The notes under the pieces: model-generated
Database searches by the model: none
The model's input: the letters and a program-made list of their open reading frames with translations, nothing else
What the model was told of the DNA's origin: nothing
Shown here: piece by piece, positions 19,801 to 26,800 of the stretch
Layout: each line of letters opens with the position of its first letter
Numbering within the stretch: position 1 is the stretch's first letter
Made by a program: the position numbers and the translations under genes
Source of the DNA: an uncultured Acidobacteriaceae bacterium
Lineage (GTDB): Bacteria; Acidobacteriota; Terriglobia; Terriglobales; Acidobacteriaceae
Direction: 5' to 3'
Assembly: GCA_963840895.1 (NCBI GenBank)
Contig: CAWJAR010000014.1
Span: forward strand, 2,306 to 66,305
DNA length: 64,000 nt

Positions 19801-22454
19801 AGTTCGCACACGAACGCTCTGCCCTTGTAACCTCCGCTTCGGCGTCTCCCGCCAAGGAGAAATCGAAGCCAACGCCAACGCTCTCTGAGCCCACCGAACG
19901 CCGAGTTCTTAATAGCTTCGAAGCTGCAGATCGTGTCCCGCGGCGCATCCCAGTAACGACCTTGCGTCCTCCGCTCACGTTTTGCAAGCCATCAGGAGTG
20001 AAACTCGATCGCGCCAGCCGCGTCGTTATCATGCCCGATAAAGGTGGCGTGGCCGAAGCACTGACGCAACGCCTGCGCGTGTTAGGCGTCGAGGTACTCT
20101 GCATCGAAGCTGCTCTCGATGCCGATACCCTTACACGCATTCTCAAAGACTGGATCACCTCCGGTGCAATCGCCGGAATCTACTGGCTCCCCGCGCTCGA
20201 CAATGAAGGCGACCTCCGCACTCTCGAGTCTGCCAGTTGGCATGAAGCCGTTCGCCTGCGGGTGAAATCGCTGTACGTTGCAATGCGCACACTGTATGAG
20301 CAGATCGGCCGGCCAGGCACGTTTCTCGTCACGGGAACGCGGCTTGGCGGACACCACGGGTACGACGATGCAGGCGCAACATTCCCGCTCGGAGGCGCCG
20401 TCACCGGTTTCGCTAAAACCTACAAGCGCGAGCGGCCGGATACACTCGTCAAAGCAGTAGACTTCGAGCCCAGTCGCAAAGCCTCAGAAATCGCTGACCT
20501 CCTGGTTGACGAGACGCTGCGCGATCCCAGTGCCGTCGAGATCGGATACACCAGCGACCAGCGCTGGACCGTCGGTCTAGAAGAGCAATCCGCCAGCGAC
20601 GGAAACCCAGGCATGGTTCTCGACAAGAGCAGCGTTTTCGTTGTGACGGGGGCGGCGGGCAGCATCGTCTCAGCGATCACCGCCGACCTGGCCGCTGCAT
20701 CTGGCGGCACTTTCTACCTGCTCGACTTGGTACCCAAGCCAGATCCGGACAATCCCGATCTCAAACGTTTTGTCACCGATAAGGAAAACCTGAAGCGCGA
20801 TCTGTTCGCCCGCATACAGACCCGAGGCGAACGCGCCACGCCGGCGCTCGTCGAGAAAGAACTTGCTGCCCTCGAAAGGGCGCAGGCAGCGCAAGCGGCA
20901 ATTGATGCCGTTCGCGCCGCTGGCGGCACTCCACATTATTTCAGCCTCAACCTTGCCGACGCTGAAGCCGTCACGAGAGTGATCGATCAGGTTCGTCTGG
21001 GCAGCGGGCGCATCGACGTCCTGCTGCATGCCGCAGGTATTGAAAGAAGCCACTTCCTTCCCGACAAAGATTCCCGGGAATTCGATCTGGTTTTCGACGT
21101 GAAGGCTGACGGCTTCTTTAACTTGCTGCACGCTATCGGCGACATGCCTCTCGGCGCTACGGTGGCGTTCAGTTCCATTGCAGGCCGCTTCGGCAACGCG
21201 GGTCAGACCGACTACAGCGCCGCGAACGATCTGCTCTGCAAGATCACTTCGAGCTTCCGCACCACTCGTCCCGCCACGCGCGGCATCGTGATCGACTGGA
21301 CGGCGTGGGGCGGGATCGGCATGGCGACCCGCGGCTCTATACCGAAGATGATGGAACTCGCCGGTATCGACATGCTTCCACCAGATGCTGGTATTCCCCT
21401 GATTCGACGCGAACTGACCACGGGCGCCACGCGCGGCGAGATCGTCATTGCCCAGCGCCTCGGGGTGTTGCTGAATGAATGGGACACAACCGGGGAACTC
21501 GATGCTGCAGCCGCGGGGGCTGCCAAGAAGTCCTTGCCAGCAAGCGGGCCGATGGTCGGCAAGATTGTATCCGCCAGCATCTCCGGCCGCTTTACGGTCG
21601 AAACAACTCTTGATCCCCAAGTTCAACCGTTCCTGCACGATCACCAGATTGAGGGCACCCCGGTGCTGCCGGGGGTCATGGGCATCGAGGCCTTCGCGGA
21701 AGCAGCTACCTGTTTGCTGCCGGGGTGGAGCGTTGCGTCCATCGAGGACGTGAACTTTCTGGCGCCATTCAAGTTCTACCGCACCGAACCACGCGAGATC
21801 CAAGTGGAAACCAGGATCCGTCCGCAAGGTGATGAATTGGTGGCGGATTGCCGCCTGATCGGCCGACGCATTCTTCCGAACCAGAGCGAACCTCAAAGCA
21901 CCATCCACTTCACCGGGCGGGTGCGGCTCTCGAAACAGCCGACACAAACGCCGGCTCGAATGCTAGGCAAGGTGGAAGGCCATATTATCCAATCTGCCGA
22001 CATCTACCGAATCTACTTCCACGGCCCGGCTTACCGGGTTGTGGAGAAAGCGTGGTGGGACGGCAAGCGAGTCATCGGATTGATGGCGGCCCATCTGCCT
22101 CCCAATCACCACCCAAGTGAACTGGCTACGTGCGTGGAGCCGCGGCTAATCGAGCTCTGCTTCCAGACTGCTGGCATCTGGGAGCTGGGTGTGCAAGGTC
22201 GCATGGGCCTGCCGCAGCACCTGCGCGAAGTCTCTCTTTTCCGGATGCAGGAGGACGCGGACGGACCGTTGTATGCCGTGCTCACTCCCGACGCTGCTCG
22301 GGGAAGCTTCGACGTCGAAGTCCTGGATGCAAAAGGGAACTGCTACTTGCGCGTCACGGGATATCAGACCGTAGCCCTTCCGAGTGGCGCCGACGCGAAA
22401 TCTCTGAGAACGCTGCATGAGGTCATGTTTGGCGAAGCCGCCCTTGTCGCATGA
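13887..22454 (+). CDS. PfaA-like iterative type I polyketide/fatty-acid megasynthase, KS-AT-KS-ACP-ACP-ACP-KR-DH
   Basis: Domain motifs are listed in the sub-features below. AGGAG lies 7 nt before ATG 13887; the track start, TTG 13869, is in frame. No ER, TE, R or CLF domain was recognised. Confidence 0.9.
   Translation: [2855 protein letters not shown]
13908..15302 (+). other. KS1 domain (PfaA-type ketosynthase)
   Basis: [10 protein letters not shown] (Cys225), [31 protein letters not shown]. A charged insert (aa ~141-194) precedes the catalytic Cys. Confidence 0.85.
15726..16613 (+). other. malonyl-CoA:ACP acyltransferase domain
   Basis: [20 protein letters not shown] (Ser722), SHAFHT. 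Confidence 0.85.
16992..18512 (+). other. KS2 domain (second ketosynthase, intact Cys-His-His)
   Basis: [12 protein letters not shown] (Cys1293, codon 17745-17747), SHETYTP (His1441), [13 protein letters not shown] (His1481). Confidence 0.75.
18858..19088 (+). other. carrier (ACP-like) domain 1, Thr at the Ser position
   Basis: [21 protein letters not shown]; the Thr1700 codon is ACC at 18966-18968. Confidence 0.8.
19236..19472 (+). other. carrier (ACP-like) domain 2, Thr at the Ser position
   Basis: [21 protein letters not shown]; the Thr1827 codon is ACC at 19347-19349. Confidence 0.8.
19587..19814 (+). other. carrier (ACP-like) domain 3, Thr at the Ser position
   Basis: [21 protein letters not shown]; the Thr1943 codon is ACG at 19695-19697. 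Confidence 0.8.
19956..21488 (+). other. ketoreductase domain (structural + catalytic subdomains)
   Basis: Rossmann motif [12 protein letters not shown]; catalytic region [19 protein letters not shown]. Confidence 0.8.
21546..22403 (+). other. PKS-type dehydratase (double hot-dog) domain
   Basis: HxxxGxxxxP motif in [14 protein letters not shown]. The C-terminal position matches PfaA. Confidence 0.75.
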
Positions 22455-22499
22455 CCCATGCAGCCCGATTAACGCTTAACCGTTTCATCGGGGTGACTA

Positions 22500-23849
22500 A
22501 TGCAAAGTGATTTTCGACGAGTCGCGATAGTGAATCGCGGTGAACCGGCGATGCGTTTTATCCGCGCAACCCGCGAGTTCAGTTACGAGCAGAGCATTCC
22601 GTTGCGCACCATCGCGCTGTTCACCGAGCCCGATCGTGATGGGATGTTTGTTCGCGAGGCCGACGAGGCTTTCTCGCTAGGAGCTGCCCAGTTCATGGAT
22701 CGCGATGCCCTGCGAACTAAAAGCAGCTACCTCGACTACAAGCGCCTCGAACAGGTGCTGGGCGCGGCGCGTGCCGACGCCGCATGGGTTGGATGGGGCT
22801 TCGTGGCGGAACACGCGGCCTTTGCCGATCTTTGCCGCGAAATGGGCATCGTGTTCATCGGTCCTTCAGGCGACGTCATGCGGCAACTCGGCGACAAGAT
22901 CGCCGCCAAGCATCTGGCAGAACAGTCCCAAATCGCCGTGACTCCATGGAGCGGCGGTCCGGTCGAAACCATTGCTGATGCACTCACGCAAGCCGATCGT
23001 TTGGGGTTCCCTTTGCTGATCAAAGCTACGGCTGGCGGAGGCGGCCACGGGATTCGTCTGGTGCACTCGGCGAGTCAACTCCCGCAGGCGTTCGAACGGG
23101 CGCGCGCCGAAGCATTCAAGGCCTTTGGCGATCCTACCGTTTTTCTCGAACACATGGTCGAAGGCGCACGTCACATTGAAGTTCAGATTATCGCCGACAA
23201 TTTCGGAACCACGTGGGCAGCTGGCGTACGCGATTGCACGATTCAGCGTCGCCATCAGAAAGTGCTTGAGGAAGCGCCTTCTCCGGCCCTTTCTGTCGAG
23301 CAAGATGAGGATCTTCGCGCAGCCGCAATTCGCCTCAGCAAGGCTGCCGGGTACTCCAATGCCGGCACCGTCGAATTCCTGTACGAGCCCCATCCCAGGC
23401 AGTTCTTCTTCATGGAGGTGAATACTCGTTTGCAGGTAGAGCATCCGGTCACCGAATGCACCACCGGCCTCGATCTTGTGAAACTCCAGATTCACGTTGC
23501 ACGGGGAGGCCGCCTCACGGGCGACTGTCCCCGCAGCATAGGTCATGCCGTTGAAGTGCGGCTGAACGCGGAAGATCCCGACAACGGTTTTGCAGCAGCC
23601 CCGGGGGTCCTCGAACGCTTCCGCATGGGGACTGGTCCAGGTGTGAGGATCGATACGGGAGTCGCCGAGGGCGACAGCATTTCTGCCGATTTCGATTCGA
23701 TGGTCGCGAAGGTGATCGCGTACGGGCAGACTCGGAAAGAGGCGCTATCCCGCCTCCACAGAGCATTGCGTGAGAGTGTCGTCGTCCTGAAAGGCGGAGC
23801 GAGCAATAAGCCGTTTCTGATGGACCTGCTCGAACGTAACGAAGTGCAG
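22500..23849 (+). other. biotin carboxylase (ATP-grasp) domain
   Basis: VAIVNRGEPAMRFIRA, KATAGGGGHGIR, IEVQI, FMEVNTRLQVEHPVTE. Confidence 0.85.
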
Positions 23850-26800
23850 GATGGGACCGTTGACGTTGGTTGGCTCGACCGCGTCGCGACGGAAGACGCA
23901 AATCTCTGCCGCAAGTATGCCGATGCAGCCTTGGTGCAGGCGGCGATCAATGCTTACGACTCTGAGTTGGCGGTGGAACAAGCTCAGTTCTATGCGTCCG
24001 CTGCACGCGGGCGTCCGCTGGTGCGGGGCGACATCGGCCGTACGCTCGCGCTCCGTTATCACGGTCGTCTGTACTCCATGAAGACCGACCGCCTCGGTCC
24101 GAAAGACTACCGCATCGAGGTTGACGGAGTGCGGATTGAAGCGCACATCGATCGTCTCGACGAGTTTGAATGCTGGCTCAGCGTCTTCGGACGCAGGTTC
24201 CATGTAGTTTCCGTCAGCCAAGGTCTGACTTCGCGCATTGAAGTTGACGGCGTTTCGCACCAGGTGGATCGTGACGACGGAGGTGTGGTGCATGCTCCGG
24301 CGCCGTCAGTCGTCGTTTCCATCGCTGTGAAAGTGGGCGACACTGTGGAAGTCGGAGACCGTCTGGCTGTGCTCGAAGCAATGAAAATGGAGACTCAAAT
24401 TGTTGCGCCCTTCTCCGGCAAGATTCGGAAAATAATGACGATGCCTAACGTGCAAGTTGACGCCGGCGCACCCCTCCTCCAAATTGAGGGGACCGGAGGC
24501 GATGCGGAGGCCGGGCCGCAGAAGCGTGTCGTCTTTGGTGAAAGCTACACTTGGCAAAATACTCGGCAAGCCACCTGCATCGACACGCTCAAAGAACTGC
24601 GCCAGGTCATGCTCGGCTTCGACCTCGATCCAACCAACAGCGCACGCCACCTCGAGGCGTGGAGTCAGAGCTGCCCTGCATGGGGCGAAGACATTGCTCA
24701 GCACGAAAACGAAATCCTCAGCATCTTTGTGGACATCTGTTCGCTCTTCCACCGCGAACCGGAAGTCAACCACCGCGCCTCTAGTGAAGAGCCCAGCGCA
24801 GAGTCGTATCTATTCTCGTATCTCCGCATGGTCGAGACCAATGCGGAAGGCCTTCCTCCCACATTTGTAACTGCATTGCGCCATGCACTGGCTCATTACG
24901 GCGCTCTCGAGTTGGATGGATCTGCGGAACTGAAGGAGAGCTTGCTTTGGATTTGTAAGTCGCACCAGCGAATGGCCGGGCAGACAACCTCGGTTCTCGA
25001 CATTCTCGAGCGACGATTGCGCCAGGCAAAGGTCCCGGGCCCGGCTCCCAGTAGCTCCTTCCGCACTCTGCTCGATCGCATGATCGCGATGACGCATGAA
25101 CTCTATCCCGCAGTCAGCGACCTTGCCCGCGAAGTGCGTTACCGTTACTTCGATGAGCCATTGTTCGAGAAGGAGCGCGATCGGGTCTTCACCGAAGCGA
25201 CCGACAATCTTAAATATCTCCAGGAGCATCCTGACGCACCCGACCGTCGCGCGCGGCTGCACGCGCTGGTCGAGTGTCCGCAGTTGCTCGCCGGCCTGTT
25301 TGGGGCTCACTTCCCATCCGCAGACAACGCATTGCGTGGCGCCATGCTCGAGGTGCTCACCTGGCGGTACTACCGCAATTGCTCACTGCGTGATCCGCAT
25401 TCTTCAGTTGTGGGCGGTCACCCCTATTTCTCAGCCCATCACGACTCCGAAGGCACTCATACGCACATCGTCGCAGCGTATGCGGAGGATGCCTGCCTTG
25501 CGACAGTGGCGCAGGCTCTGAGTCCCTTGATTGTGCGAGTGCCGGCAGACCATGACGTCGTCATTGATTTTAACCTTGCTCATCCCGCTAAACTCTCGGA
25601 TCCAGATAGTACACAGCGAGAGGTTCAGTCGATGCTGAACCAAGTTGTATTCCCGCGCGCCATCCGACGGATCGTCGTCTCAGTGGCGGGACCGAGCCAG
25701 GGACCTCGGGGAAGCGCCCTGCAGCACTTCACCTACCAGCACGATGGAAATGCCTATGCTGAGGATCCATTTTATCGTGGCCTGCATCCGATGATGGGGA
25801 AGCGCCTGCATCTCTGGCGGCTCGGCAATTTCAAAATTGATCGCGTGCCGTCAGTCGAAGACGTCTATCTTCTGCATGCCGTTGCCCGCGACAACCCGAA
25901 AGATGAACGCCTGTTCGCGGCCGCCGAAGTGCGCGATGTAACTCCTGTGCGCGACGAAGCGGGTGGCATCGTGCAGTTGCCGCATCTGGAACGTATGCTC
26001 ATGGAAGCTCTCGCCGCGATCCGTTTGTTTCAGTCGCGTCGTCGTCCCCAGGAGCGGCTGTACTGGAACCGAGTCTTCCTGTATGTCTGGCCTCCACTCG
26101 ATCTGAAGGCCGACGAATTGCGCAACATCGTGCGCAGGCTCATGCCCGCAACCGAAGGCCTTGGTCTCGAGCAGGTCGCCGTCCGCGCGCGCATCCCCAA
26201 TCCCGCGACCGGCGAACTGCGCGATCTGGTGGTGCGCATTTCGAGCCCAGTCGGCAGCGGCCTGCTCATCACTTTCCGCCCAGCCGACAAGCTACAGGCT
26301 CTCAAATCGCTCTCCGAATACGATCAGAAGGTCGTGCGCGTGCGCCAGCGCGGGCAGGTCTATCCCTACGAGATCATCAAGATGCTCACTCCCGCATGTG
26401 AGGACGCCCGCGGCGAGTTCCCGCCCGGCGATTTCGTGGAATACGATCTGGACGCCCATCGCAAGCTCGTTCCTGTCGATCGCCCCTACGGAAAGAACCG
26501 TGCCAACATCATCGTTGGAGTCGTCCGCAATTTCACTACTCGACACCCAGAAGGCATGACCCGGGTTTTGCTGCTGGGAGATCCCAGCAGAGATCTTGGA
26601 GCACTCGCCGAGACGGAATGCCGTCTCATAATCGGTGCACTGGACATGGCCGAAGAAAAAGGCGTTCCTGTGGAGTGGTTCCCAATTTCAGCCGGCGCCA
26701 AGATCTCCATGGAAAGCGGCGTCGAGAACATGGACTGGATCGCTCGTGTCCTGCGCCGGCTTATCGAATTCACGCAAGCCGGGGGGGAGGTGAATCTCCT

